DNA from: Lama guanicoe
Taxonomy: Eukaryota
DNA: 33,814 nt
Assembly: GCA_013239625.1 (NCBI GenBank)
Contig: MU054355.1
Coordinates: 1 to 33,814 of the forward strand
Reading direction: 5' to 3'
Shown here: positions 1 through 11,200 of the stretch, one piece after another
Numbering within the stretch: the first letter of the stretch is position 1
Layout: each line of letters opens with the position of its first letter
Notes under the pieces: model-generated
What the model saw: only the letters and a program-made list of their open reading frames with translations
Database searches by the model: none
What the model was told of the DNA's origin: nothing
Made by a program: the position numbers and the translations under genes

Positions 1-1050
1 TGTGTGAAAGACCAGTCCAGTGATGGTAATGGGAAGTTATAGTCTCCTACTTTGATTGTGTTCCCAGGGATTTCATTATTTTTATCTATTAGTATTTGCT
101 TTATGTATTTAGGTTCTCCTATATTGAGTGCATATATCTTAATAGGTATAATACCCTCATTTTGATTTGCTCCTTAAATCATTATATCATGTCCTTGTTT
201 ATCTTTCTCTATGGCCTTTTTTGTAAAGTCTCTTTTTGTGAAGTCAGTGGTGCTAGTCCTGCTTTCTTGTCATGTCCCTTTGCATGGAATATATTTTTCC
301 ACCTTCTGACTTTAAATGAATGTGTGTTCCTCTTACTAATGTGGGTCTCTTCTATGCTTCATAATGTAGGGTCTTGTTGTGTTATCACATATGACAATAT
401 ATATCTTTTGATTGAAGCACTAAGTCCATTAAATTTGTGATAATTATTGATAGACTGGTGTTTATTTCCATATGGAACTTCATTCTCCAGTTGATTTCTT
501 ATTTTCTTTCTGTTCATTTCTTTTTGTTTTTGTGGCTTGATAAGTTTTCTTTTATTAGCTTGGTTTCCTTTTGTCTTTGTGACTTCATTGTAAGCTTTTG
601 ACTTTGTTTACCTTGTTTTGTATGTATATTGACCCGTACTATATTTGTTTATTTTAACTGATAAGAATACAACCTCAAACCCATCCTACAGAGAACACAA
701 ACAAGAAGAAAACACTCTGTATTATCCTGTTTCACTCTGTGACTTTTAAAAACTTTGACGTCCTTTTTTACAACATCATATATATTCTGTTGTAATTCAT
801 TGTAGATATTGCCTTTCTAATTATGCCTTTCTCTTTTCTATAGCATCCTGCTTCTTTTTTATTTAGAGTAGATCTTTCTTATTTCTTTTTCTCTTGCTAA
901 ATTCTTTAAGTATTTGCTTGTGTGGTAGTTATTTATCTCTCCTTCTATTCTAAAATTTAGCCTTCCTTGATATAGTATCTTAGATTACAGCTTTCTTTCA
1001 TTCAGGACTTTGAATATGTCTTGCCACTGCCTTCTGCCTATTGTTTCTGT
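1..1050 (-). mobile_element. Decayed LINE-1 fragment: ORF1 3' end, inter-ORF spacer and ORF2 endonuclease start; runs off the window
   Basis: Reverse complement resembles the ORF2 N-terminus (NGL-x-ASIK-like at ~405-450, EN domain toward position 1) and the ORF1 C-terminus (~890-1050). Confidence 0.85.
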
Positions 1051-1069
1051 GTATGAAATGAGTTAACAA

Positions 1070-1113
1070 ATATGTATATAATTATATATATATGTAAAGA
1101 ACACATATATATG
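1070..1113. repeat. TA-rich low-complexity tract between two L1 fragments
   Basis: tatgtatataattatatatatatg...catatatatg. Confidence 0.7.
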
Positions 1114-1114
1114 A

Positions 1115-1654
1115 AGTTAACAAATATGGTGAAAACCTATACGTTAAAAAACAGAAACCATTGATAAAGGAAATTAAAACTGATCCAAAGGAATGAAATG
1201 ATCTCTTATGTTAATGATGGGAAACAATGTGGTTGAAACAACCATACTACCCAAAGCAATCTACATTTAGTGTGATTCATGTGAAAATACCAATGAGATT
1301 TTTCCAAAAAATAGGACAAATAATTTTAAAATTTATATGTAACCACAAAGATCATGAGCTGCCAAAATAATCTTGAAAAAGGGTAATAAATCTAATGGTG
1401 TAAAATTCTCTGATGTTAAACAATCCTACAAAGCTTTAGTAATTAAAACATCATGATACTGGCTCAAAACCAAACAAAAATCAATAGAAGAGAATAGAGC
1501 AACCAGATATATTCTCTCACACTTATGATCAATTAACCCATGAAAAAGGAAGCAAGAGTATAAATTAAGAAAAGACATTCTCCTCAAAAATTACTGCTGG
1601 GGAGATTGAACATGTAAAAGATAGATTAGAATATTTCCTCACATTGTACACAAT
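1115..1654 (+). mobile_element. Decayed LINE-1 ORF2 fragment (post-RT region)
   Basis: CCATACTACCCAAAGCAATCTAC (ILPKAIY), AAATTTATATGTAACCAC, TGCTGGGGAGATTG are L1 ORF2 hallmarks. Confidence 0.85.
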
Positions 1655-2212
1655 CCATGAGCACAGAATATCTTTATATTTATTTTGTTTACTTATATTT
1701 CTTGCACCTGTAGTTTATAGATCTATGTTTAGATCTTTTATTTCACTTATCAAATTTATTCCTATTTTATTATTTTTGGTATAAATTTACACACAATTGT
1801 TTTCCTAATTTCTTTTTCTGATATTGTGTTTTTACTATACAAAAATGCAACGGATATTTGTATATTGATTTTGTATTCTGCAAGTTTACTAAGTTTGTTC
1901 ATTATTTCATACACTCACTGGAGGAGACTATGGAGTTTTCTATGTATGAATAATTATGTCATCTGTAAAAACTTCACTGTTTATTATAAGTAGAATGAAT
2001 TTTATATTTTTCCTTGACTAGTTGTTCTGGCTAGGACTTCTAGTAGTGTAATTTAGGACTTGTGAAAATGAGCTTCTTTTCCTTACTACTGGACCAGAGG
2101 AAAACCTTCCTGTATGTTAACATTCAAATTGAAGTAAATCATGGGTTTTTCATATATGGCTTTTATTATGCTTAGTTACATTCTATCTAGAGCGAATTTA
2201 AGAATATTTTTT
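1655..2212 (-). mobile_element. Decayed LINE-1 ORF2 fragment (RT region), ends at gap
   Basis: TCCATGAGCACAGAATATCTTT (reverse KDILCSW), GATTTTGTATTCTGCAAGTTTACT, TTCTGGCTAGGACTTCTAGTA. Confidence 0.85.
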
Positions 2213-2521
2213 NNNNNNNNNNNNNNNNNNNNNNNNNNNNNNNNNNNNNNNNNNNNNNNNNNNNNNNNNNNNNNNNNNNNNNNNNNNNNNNNNNNNNNNN
2301 NNNNNNNNNNNNNNNNNNNNNNNNNNNNNNNNNNNNNNNNNNNNNNNNNNNNNNNNNNNNNNNNNNNNNNNNNNNNNNNNNNNNNNNNNNNNNNNNNNNN
2401 NNNNNNNNNNNNNNNNNNNNNNNNNNNNNNNNNNNNNNNNNNNNNNNNNNNNNNNNNNNNNNNNNNNNNNNNNNNNNNNNNNNNNNNNNNNNNNNNNNNN
2501 NNNNNNNNNNNNNNNNNNNNN
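2213..2521. other. Assembly gap (309 N)
   Basis: Run of N. Confidence 1.
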
Positions 2522-2951
2522 GGAATTTATTATAAGAAATATAACCTTTGGTAGAACTGGATTTACTACAGTTTACTGATACAGAACATAGCTATTATTT
2601 ACAATTATTGCACAAGACACTTGCCTTAAATTGCCGTATTATACTAACAATGCCTACTGTTTCAGGACTGAGACACATATTGCTTCCTAAAATGTATTAC
2701 TTGGTCTTTTCCACCCCAACCTGCATATACTGTTATATCTTTGTTTTCTGATTGTTGTTTACCCCTTAATGGAGGCAATGCTTATTGAACCCAGTATCTT
2801 GTGCATAAGTCTATTTATCAACATCATTTTGGAACCCTTAACAGAATCCCCAAGAGTATGGATTATAAAGATGACAAGAAAATTTATTACTTATAAGGTC
2901 TGATAAATTTCTGTGTGATAGAATGGCAAAAATAAACATTTATAAATATAC

Positions 2952-3478
2952 NNNNNNNNNNNNNNNNNNNNNNNNNNNNNNNNNNNNNNNNNNNNNNNNN
3001 NNNNNNNNNNNNNNNNNNNNNNNNNNNNNNNNNNNNNNNNNNNNNNNNNNNNNNNNNNNNNNNNNNNNNNNNNNNNNNNNNNNNNNNNNNNNNNNNNNNN
3101 NNNNNNNNNNNNNNNNNNNNNNNNNNNNNNNNNNNNNNNNNNNNNNNNNNNNNNNNNNNNNNNNNNNNNNNNNNNNNNNNNNNNNNNNNNNNNNNNNNNN
3201 NNNNNNNNNNNNNNNNNNNNNNNNNNNNNNNNNNNNNNNNNNNNNNNNNNNNNNNNNNNNNNNNNNNNNNNNNNNNNNNNNNNNNNNNNNNNNNNNNNNN
3301 NNNNNNNNNNNNNNNNNNNNNNNNNNNNNNNNNNNNNNNNNNNNNNNNNNNNNNNNNNNNNNNNNNNNNNNNNNNNNNNNNNNNNNNNNNNNNNNNNNNN
3401 NNNNNNNNNNNNNNNNNNNNNNNNNNNNNNNNNNNNNNNNNNNNNNNNNNNNNNNNNNNNNNNNNNNNNNNNNNNNNN
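2952..3478. other. Assembly gap (527 N) covering the expected HSFY start
   Basis: Run of N directly upstream of the HSFY DBD codons. Confidence 1.
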
Positions 3479-3732
3479 TGGCTGGGAGTGACCAATTTAA
3501 ATCCATCTGGAGGGATGATAATGGAACTTCCATAGTGATTGATGAAGATGTCTTTAAGAAGGAAGATTTGGAAAGAAAGGCCCCTTTCAGAATATTTGAA
3601 ACTGGAAATATGAAAGGTTTAGTTAGACAGCTTAACCATTATGGGTTTAATAAAGTGCGGTAGAATATTCAAATATCTGTTTGTCTAGCTGACTTTCTGA
3701 CAGAAGAAAAAGAAGTCTCTGTTTTAAGCAAA
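3479..3732 (+). pseudogene. HSFY: HSFY exon 1, visible 3' part (HSF winged-helix DNA-binding domain)
   Basis: Frame starting 3481 gives the HSF DBD core; TAG at 3661; homology ends at ...GTT TTA AGC AAA followed by GTATTC donor. Confidence 0.9.
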
Positions 3733-4203
3733 GTATTCAGAAACTTTAGTTACCACTTGGTAACTTATATATAAGGTTTATTTTGTACATCAATCTATGC
3801 TAATATAAATGAAAAGATAAATTTTGAAAATTGTGTAAATCTACTAAGGCTATAATACTTTTATTTTTCCTAAAAAATGAAGACAATGCCTTAAGTATTC
3901 AGAGTATAAGAAACTATGCTGGTAACTATGAATCTTACCAGAAATCTAAATAAAGGTACTAAGCTGCTTTTCAAAAGTGGCATTCAGCATTACTGCAAAT
4001 GCTAACTTCCTAATTTGATGTCTATACTATTTAAATGTGTATTTTCCAAATAAGGAACTACAATATATCGTCAGCAATGTTCATATTTTGATGATATTAT
4101 CTTTGCATAATAAACGTGAAATCTGAGGTTTTATAGGTTAGGCTTATTGTAGTGTTGTATTTTGTTCTAAATTATTACTAAAATCTTTCTACTTTGGTTG
4201 TAG
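3733..4203 (+). other. HSFY intron, 471 bp, phase 0, GT-AG
   Basis: Donor AAA|GTATTC at 3732/3733; pyrimidine-rich tract and acceptor TTGTAG|CTG at 4203/4204; splicing joins VLSK to LQFYHN in frame, matching HSFY VLSK-LKFYYN. Confidence 0.85.
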
Positions 4204-4896
4204 CTGCAGTTCTATCATAATATAAATTATTAACGAAGCTGTCCCCAGCTTTTAGTGAGAATAAAAAGAATAGTTGGGATTAAAAATGCCTCTCTGGTAT
4301 CTTCATTGGCTGAAGATTTCAACAAGAAGCACTATAAAGCATTGGGTAATGTGGATAATCATAATTCTGGTTTTGTGGCTGACACTAGTGGAGAAAGTGC
4401 ATTTTTACCTTCTGCAAATTTAAATATGCCTCTAATAAGAATGCCCTCTACTAGCCACATAATAAGTGATAAAATTACCTCGATCAGAGTTATTTTTTCT
4501 CCTCCATCATCAGTTTCAGTTAGACCACCAGAACAAATTTCAATGGATCAAAGTGCTATTCTAAATCAGTTGACCACTGTCCACGGGCACTGTCAAAGCA
4601 GCTACACTGAAGCAAATGGCCGTGTTGTGAACTTCATTACAACTACAACTTCTATTTCTCAGTACAGCATCTTGTCTCCCATACAGAGGAATTAATTTGG
4701 ACAGATGGTGGAGCCTTCTATTTTTCCAAATAGATATCACAACATATCTGCCAATGAAGGGTGTTTTTGTAAACTTCAACCAGGGGGCAACCCACGGTTT
4801 CAAGTGACAGTGATAGCTGATACATCAGCTACCTCTCTTTCAAGGCCAACTCATTAGACTTCTTCAGTATATGAACGTCATCCTAATCACAAATGA
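4204..4896 (+). pseudogene. HSFY: HSFY exon 2 coding part (end of DBD and C-terminal region)
   Basis: Single frame for 693 nt, includes ORF-track 4255..4695; three premature stops (4231, 4693, 4855); ends at TGA 4894-4896. Confidence 0.9.
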
Positions 4897-5509
4897 TCTA
4901 CCACAGACTACCAGATTATGCAGGATAACAAATATTAAAATTGATGTTGGCAAATGTGGACAAATATCTGCATTTTCTTATTTGAACAACAAACATAGAT
5001 GTGTAACTGTATTTACCTTTTTTTTGAAAGTGTTAAGAGTTAAATGGGAAACTAAGTTACCATTTAAAGAAAAAATGAGATATTTGATTAATATGATCAT
5101 TTGATGGAACAATATGGGAGTTAATTTAAATAATTTCTTGTAAGGAAAAAGAGAAAATGGAAGAATTTGGGAATAGACTAAAACATGAAGAGAGGGAAAA
5201 GTACTAAGTGGTTTCTGGTTCATCATGGAAAGTATTAAAATTGTTAAGTTAAGGATGGGTTGGAACAGAAGATAAATGTAGGAACCAGCCCAGGAATCAT
5301 GGTCTCTATTATGTCCTCCCTGAAATCATAAAGGTCGCATGATATAGTCTCAGATGGCACATTCAGCATGTGGTAGAACTTAAGAAATAATTTTATCTAT
5401 GGTCTTCTTTGTGGTGTTCTCAAAGCATTCAAATTGATGCTTACATTTCCAGCCCTCAAGAGACTACACTATATTTTCTAGTCGATACTTTATGTTGCAT
5501 TTATTTCCC

Positions 5510-5890
5510 AGCCAAAGACAAGCTTACGTCCTCAGGTTGGCACTTAATGCCTTTCCAACTCTAAGCCCACAAACTCAAATTTGTTTAGTCAGTTCTGTAT
5601 AAATCTGGCATCTGCCTGCCTAGGCATATCTTTATGTTTCACTGTATCTTGAGATACATCCAGGCAAATGCTTGTCAACTATGTTAGCTGCAACCTCACA
5701 ACTTTTGATCCAGCTCATCCTTGGACTTTGGGTTTCCTCCTTTTACCTACTTAGACTTTGCCAGTCTCAGTACATACACTACCTCCTTCAGATGTTTTCT
5801 GTCTATCCACCTTTCCTTGTCTAACTTGGATACCAGCACAGTAAGCAAAGCACATGCCACAGGATGCATTTTAGAATTTAATGAATGAAA
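5510..5890 (+). mobile_element. Probable ancient LINE-2 3'-end remnant
   Basis: Patchy similarity to recalled L2 3' motifs (tcctcaggttggcacttaatgcc; cctacttagactttgccagtctcag; cagcacagtaagcaaagcacat) and a terminal AATGAATGAA at ~5880-5889; boundaries approximate. Confidence 0.5.
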
Positions 5891-6099
5891 AATACATGTT
5901 GACATTAAGCAAAATATACTTTCCTGAAACAACCAAGCTCTCATGGTTTTCAAGCAATTTTGTTATGGTCTTTACTCTTCACCACAAACTAGCTCTTTTC
6001 ATAGCCCAAGGACTAGTCACTCAATACAGTAAGTGTAGGTAGGTACAGGAGACAAAGTATTATTTTCTTCTTAATTCATGCCTCTCGAGGCCTAAAGCA

Positions 6100-7848
6100 C
6101 TCCATTCTCATTTGCTGGATTTTTTCCTGTCTCATCATCACCCACCCACCCCAAAATAGTTGATTCTCTTCCCCATACTAATAACTATACTGACTTCTAA
6201 TTAATTTACTTCTTAAAATCAGAGCTTTGTCCAGAAGAGACACTGCTATTGCAAATATTTAATGTAGGTATATACACCCCACATAACTTGTGCCCCTTCT
6301 ATGCTTCACACAGAAAGTATCTAAGAGGTATTATACCCTTGGTTGGGGTGGTCGTATTCAGTAATCAAATTGCAATCTAAAATATGTGGACTAGAAGGAG
6401 GTGAGGGTGGTGGAATTAAAAATTTGTCCAAATGCATGATTATTGATTTTCTGCAGATATTATGAAATATAAAATATTCATGGAAGACTGTGACTATTTC
6501 CCATTAATTTAAAATAAATGATGAAGCATTTTCAGAATGTGAAATGCCCTGAAATGCTCGAAAAATTGTAGGTAACGTCAGGGTGTCTAAGGTTTCTGCT
6601 CATAATCATGCAGAAAGTGTCAGCTGATAAGAATGTAATGGCAACATTGTGTCCTGAAAATATGTCACCAGTGGTGAAGAAAGCCTTTGATAATCAGGAG
6701 AAAGGGCAAATGGGCCAGGGTAAGCTCTTGTAACATCCCACCAATATGTCCTTTACCAAGAGAAGAAAAGAGACCACTTGCAGCAGGAGAGCTGTGCCTG
6801 GACAGCAGTGGTTATTCCTACAACAGAAACATCCAGCTTTTCAGTTTGTCAGCACAACTCTGATGGTGGCTATGTTGTTGCTTACATTAGCAGTCTGGGG
6901 TTCAGATGGGCTGGTTCAGCAACTATATTCCAGCTCTCTTATCAGATTGTGGGTCTTACCTTGATCATCTGAACAAGGTTCTATTCTGATAAGTCAAAAG
7001 CTACAGTTTACTTTCAAAATCAGAAATTCTAAGGAAGAATATTATTTCCTTGTCCATCTATAGTTTTCTACCTTGGAAAAGCTAGAATATTGGCAAAACT
7101 ACAAAATTTGGCTGGTGCTTTGAAAACTATTCTCTGAGCTCTGCCCACAGAACTCTTCCCACTAAATAGTACAAATCTGTCTACCACTGTGTGTGTGTGT
7201 CAAAATGGATTGTTAAGCAGTAACTAAGTTAATCTTAGTTGAGTCATCATTAAATTATTATTCTGCATCTGGCAGAATCTCTCTGAATTAAGAGTTTCAT
7301 TGAGCCACCAAATTTTCTTCTGATCAGGGAGAGGTATATTATATGTATCCCAGTATACTAATTGTTACCTGTTCATTGAATCCCGATTGATGCTAGGGCC
7401 AAGCCACTGAACCCTTGAATGGGACTGAGGAATATACATTTCCAGTCCCCAGAGCCCAGCACAGGACTGTGTCTCCTTTTTAATTTAAGCTTAGGTCTAA
7501 TTTGTTTTTTCTCCTAATTCTCATTTTTGACACAATTTATTTTGGCTTTGATCACCCCTTGACTAATTTAAAGAGACTCAACCACTGACTTATTCCCGTT
7601 CACCTAGAAATTTCAATGACCTTTTTTCTTGTACTACCTGGAATAGAGTGAACATAGTCATCATTTAGAAAGCAGTCCTCATTCCTAATAATGCAGAACA
7701 TTTACACATCTTTGCCCAGCAATTGAGCAAGAATATTTGTTGTGGATCTCAGGGATTATCCTCACATCCCCTAATGTAACCATGAGAAAACACGGAATTG
7801 TTTTCCAAAATCAAGTCTTTTGTCAGTATTGCATTCCCATTGCAAAAA
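6100..7848 (-). mobile_element. Highly decayed, internally deleted ERVL-class internal sequence (HERVL40-like) with integrase remnant
   Basis: Minus-strand translations GDIFSG (6669-6652, cf. VDTFSG), HSENASSF (6539-6516, cf. QSDNGxxF) and NSHSLP*IFYIS*YLQ (6498-6451, cf. xxxGIxWxFHxPYHPQ) occur in integrase order, abutting an LTR end at ~7849; lower boundary uncertain. Confidence 0.6.
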
Positions 7849-8255
7849 CAGTTAAGAATTGAAGGAGTTCTGAGATTTTAACATGCTAAGATTTTTTGCA
7901 ACCTAGCATGTTCATTTCTTACAGATGCTGTCGAGGAGATGAGACCATCAGTCAGAGACAGTGAACTTTATCACTCACAGCAAGAGCAGCCAGTTTCAAA
8001 TTTCTATCCATTCCATAATCTCAGATGAATACGCAGTGTGAAATTTTGATGCCTACAGAAGCAATGTGCTTTTAAGATGATGAAAGTTTAAGGCATGATA
8101 AAACACTAATTTTATTAGTATCTTTATGTATTATTTATTAGAATCACTTATTTATTAGTATATTTATCTAGGATAAGAATATCATGACTCAAGTTTACTT
8201 GCTGCAGAAACAATCATGAGAAATGACATGGGAATATGTGAATGTTGACTTTCCA
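7849..8255 (-). mobile_element. LTR40-like ERVL long terminal repeat (5' LTR of the provirus remnant), truncated by an L1
   Basis: gttaagaattgaaggagttctgagatttta ... gatgctgtcgaggagatgagaccatcagtcagagacagtgaactttatcactcacagca matches the reverse of the LTR40 R/U5 end as recalled, including a degenerate polyA signal (~7966-7972); family name not database-confirmed. Confidence 0.7.
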
Positions 8256-8256
8256 T

Positions 8257-11200
8257 TTTTCCTTCTGCTTCTATTGAGATATAAATGGTGTAGAATATTG
8301 TGTAAGTTTAGGTGCACAGGATAGTGATTTGATTTACAAGTATCATGAAATAAATATCATAGCAACTTTAGGGAGAATTCAATATCTCATTTAGATACAA
8401 TATTAATGTGATACAATATCCTTTTGGTTGTGTTGAGGAAAGTTAGGGTCTTCTCCCTTAACAACATTCATATATAACATAAAGCAGTATTAATTGTAAT
8501 TTTCATGTTACATTGGGGCATCCCTAGGACACATTTATTTTACGGCTGGAGGTTGTATCTTTTGAGTGCATTAATCAAATCCTCTTTTCCCAAACCCTGC
8601 CTCTGTTAACTACAAATCTAATTTTTTTCAAAAAGTATGTTTGTTTTTGAAGTGTACTTTAATCTATAAACTGCTTTTGTTCCTCTTACACAACGTACTG
8701 TTTGCTATTTTTAGTACATTTCAAACTGATCACCAGAATATATCTAGTTACGATATGTTGCTCTTTAAAGATATTTCATAGTTATTTACTATTCCCCATA
8801 CAACACATTTCATGCCCGTGACTCATTTAATTTGCAACTGGAAAATTTTCTCTCTTAATTTTCGTCAAATATTTCTTTTCCCTCACACCATTTCCCTCCT
8901 TCTTGTGAACAACCTGTTTCTTTGTATATCTATATCTCATTTTCTGTTGTGGTATGTTCATTTCTTTTAAATTCCAAATATGAGTAAAATCATACAGCAT
9001 TTGTCATTCTCTTTCTGACTTATTTCACTTAGCATATTACCCTCTTGGTCTACACATATGTTGCAAATGAATTAGTTATTCTCTTTATAGATGAGTAATA
9101 ACCCATTGTATTTTTATCTGTTTGTGTGCATATATATATATATATAATATAGATATATATAAATATAGATAAGTCTATGAAATATAAAAATAAAAAAATA
9201 TAGATGGGTAAATATATATACTATAAACACACATTTTCTTTATCCATCATCTATTGATGAACAATTAGTTTGCTTCTATATCCTCTCTATTGTAAATAAT
9301 GCTGCAGTGAATATATGTTTGAATATATCTTTACTAATTTGTGTTTTTATTTTCTTGGAATAAGTATCCAGATATGGAAATGTTGGATTATATTTCATTC
9401 TTAATTTTTAGATAAAACTGCTTGCTGTTTTCGACAGTGGCAGCACAAATCTACATTCTCTCCAGCAGTGCATCAGGGTTGTTTTACTTACATCCTCACC
9501 AACACTTATATTTGTTATCTTTTTGATAATATTAATTCTGACAGGTCTGACATACAATCTTTTGTGTTTTGGACTTGCATTTTTCTGATGTTTAGTGATG
9601 TTGATCAGTTTCTTATGCCTGTTGATTACCTGTCCCCACTGTATATTCATTTTTTGTAATGGGCTTAATGACCATAATTGTCTGATTTCATCTTCAGGCA
9701 TTCTTTGTGTTGCTTTATTTTCTTTGTTCTGTGTCACTACCATATTTTTAATTACTGTAGCTTTGTATTATAGTTAAAATCAGGGAAATTGATACATCAT
9801 CTTTCTTCTTTGTCAGATATGTTTCTGTTTATTTTTTGCTTTATTTTCCTTTCTTTTTTTTAAGTGATTTCAACACTTTTGTGTATACATGCAAATTTTA
9901 GAATTCTTTATTGTAAATTCTGAAAATGCCCTTGGTATATTGATAGGCACTGAATTTAATTAATGTATTTTCTTCGCTAGTACTGGCATTTAAACAATAT
10001 TATTTTCCTCATCAATGAACACAGTATATCCTTTCATCTGTTTGCATTATCTTCAATTTCTTTTATAAATATTTTATAGTTTTCTGAGTTTCCTTTACCA
10101 CCTTGGTTGGATATATTTGTTGATTTTTTTTTGTAATGCAACTTTAAGTGAGACAGTTACATCACTTTCTGTATTAGTTAGCTTCTTGTTAGTTTGCAGA
10201 AATGCAAGATGTCTGTATGTATATTTTACATTCCAAAATTTTACCAGATGCATTGAAAAGCCTTAGTAGGTTTTTGGCACCATTTTTAGGATTTCTTTTT
10301 TAATTATGTCTTCTGCAAACAGATACTTTTAACCCTTTTCTTTATTAGCTATATTTTGCATACTTTTATTTTGGATAGCTTTGGCTAGAATTTCCATATT
10401 ATACTGAATATAATTGGTAAGAGTGAGCATTCTTGTCTTCTTCCTGCTCTTAAAGAGATGCTTTCAGCTTTTTATCAGTGAGTGTCATGTTAGGTGGGTT
10501 CTTGTCATATATGACCTTAACTGTGTTTTGGTATGTTTCCTCATGCCCAATTTGAGGAGAAATGTATTCATAAATAGATATTGAATTTGTCAAAACATTT
10601 TTTGAATCTATTTAAGTGACCATATAATTTTTATTCTTCAGGTTGATTGTGTGGTTTATCATACTGGTTAATTTGTGGATATTGAATCACTTTTGCATCC
10701 ATGGAATAAAATGAACTTAATCATAATGTATAATCCTCTTAATGTATTCTTTGATTCGCTAACAATTTAGTGGTGATTTTTGCATCTATGCTTATCAGTA
10801 GTAGTTAAACTGTAATTTTTTGCGGTATTTGTTCCAGGTTTAGTAGTAGTGTGATACAGAAATGTGGGGTAGAAAGCCTCCCTTCCTCTTGAAATTTTTG
10901 GAAATCTCTGAGAAGTATAGGTGATAGCTCTTCTGTAAATGTTTGGCAGAAATCACCTGTGAAGCTGTCTAGGCCTAGAATTTTGTTTCTTGGGAAAGTT
11001 TTTTCAAATATTATTCAATTTCATTAGTGATAATTTGTTCATATTTTCTTTCTCATTCCATTTTGGAGATTAAGTCTTTCTAAGAAGTTGTCCATTCCTT
11101 CTAGGGTTTCCATTTTATTGGCATATAAGTTGTTGTATCATATTATGATGCTTTGAATTTCTTTGATATAAGCTGCAACTTCTCATTTATTTCTGAGCTT

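Larger units (their letters stand above)
3479..4896 (+). pseudogene. HSFY: HSFY (heat shock transcription factor, Y-linked) unprocessed pseudogene, two exons; 5' part of exon 1 lost in N gap
   Basis: Translation SDQFKSIWRDDNGTSIVIDEDVFKKEDLERKAPFRIFETGNMKGLVRQLNHYGFNKVR*NIQISVCLADFLTEEKEVSVLSK / LQFYHNINY*RSCPQLLVRIKRIVGIKNAS...DQSAILNQLTTVH...VVNFITTTTS...RHPNHK* is colinear with HSFY as I recall it (HSF DNA-binding motif VRQLNxYGF plus HSFY-specific C-terminus). In-frame stops at 3661-3663, 4231-4233, 4693-4695, 4855-4857; ancestral stop TGA 4894-4896. Confidence 0.95.

Noticed and set aside
96..440. Hydrophobic membrane-protein-like ORFs (also 6746-6964, 12170-12574, 32966-33307)
   Set aside because: Antisense translations of A-rich L1 or ERV sequence give Phe/Leu/Ile-rich peptides by composition
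2887..3663. Long ORFs spanning N runs (also 2141-2554, 23024-23686, 27497-27766, 32162-32575)
   Set aside because: Length is an artefact of translating N as X; only 3481-3660 is real HSFY sequence
4255..4695. 146-aa ORF as an independent gene
   Set aside because: It is the stretch of HSFY exon 2 between two premature stops, starts at GTG and lacks the DNA-binding domain
3661..4857. Programmed stop-codon readthrough or RNA editing rescuing HSFY
   Set aside because: Four stops of two types plus damaged conserved DBD residues are more simply explained by neutral decay; no supporting signal seen
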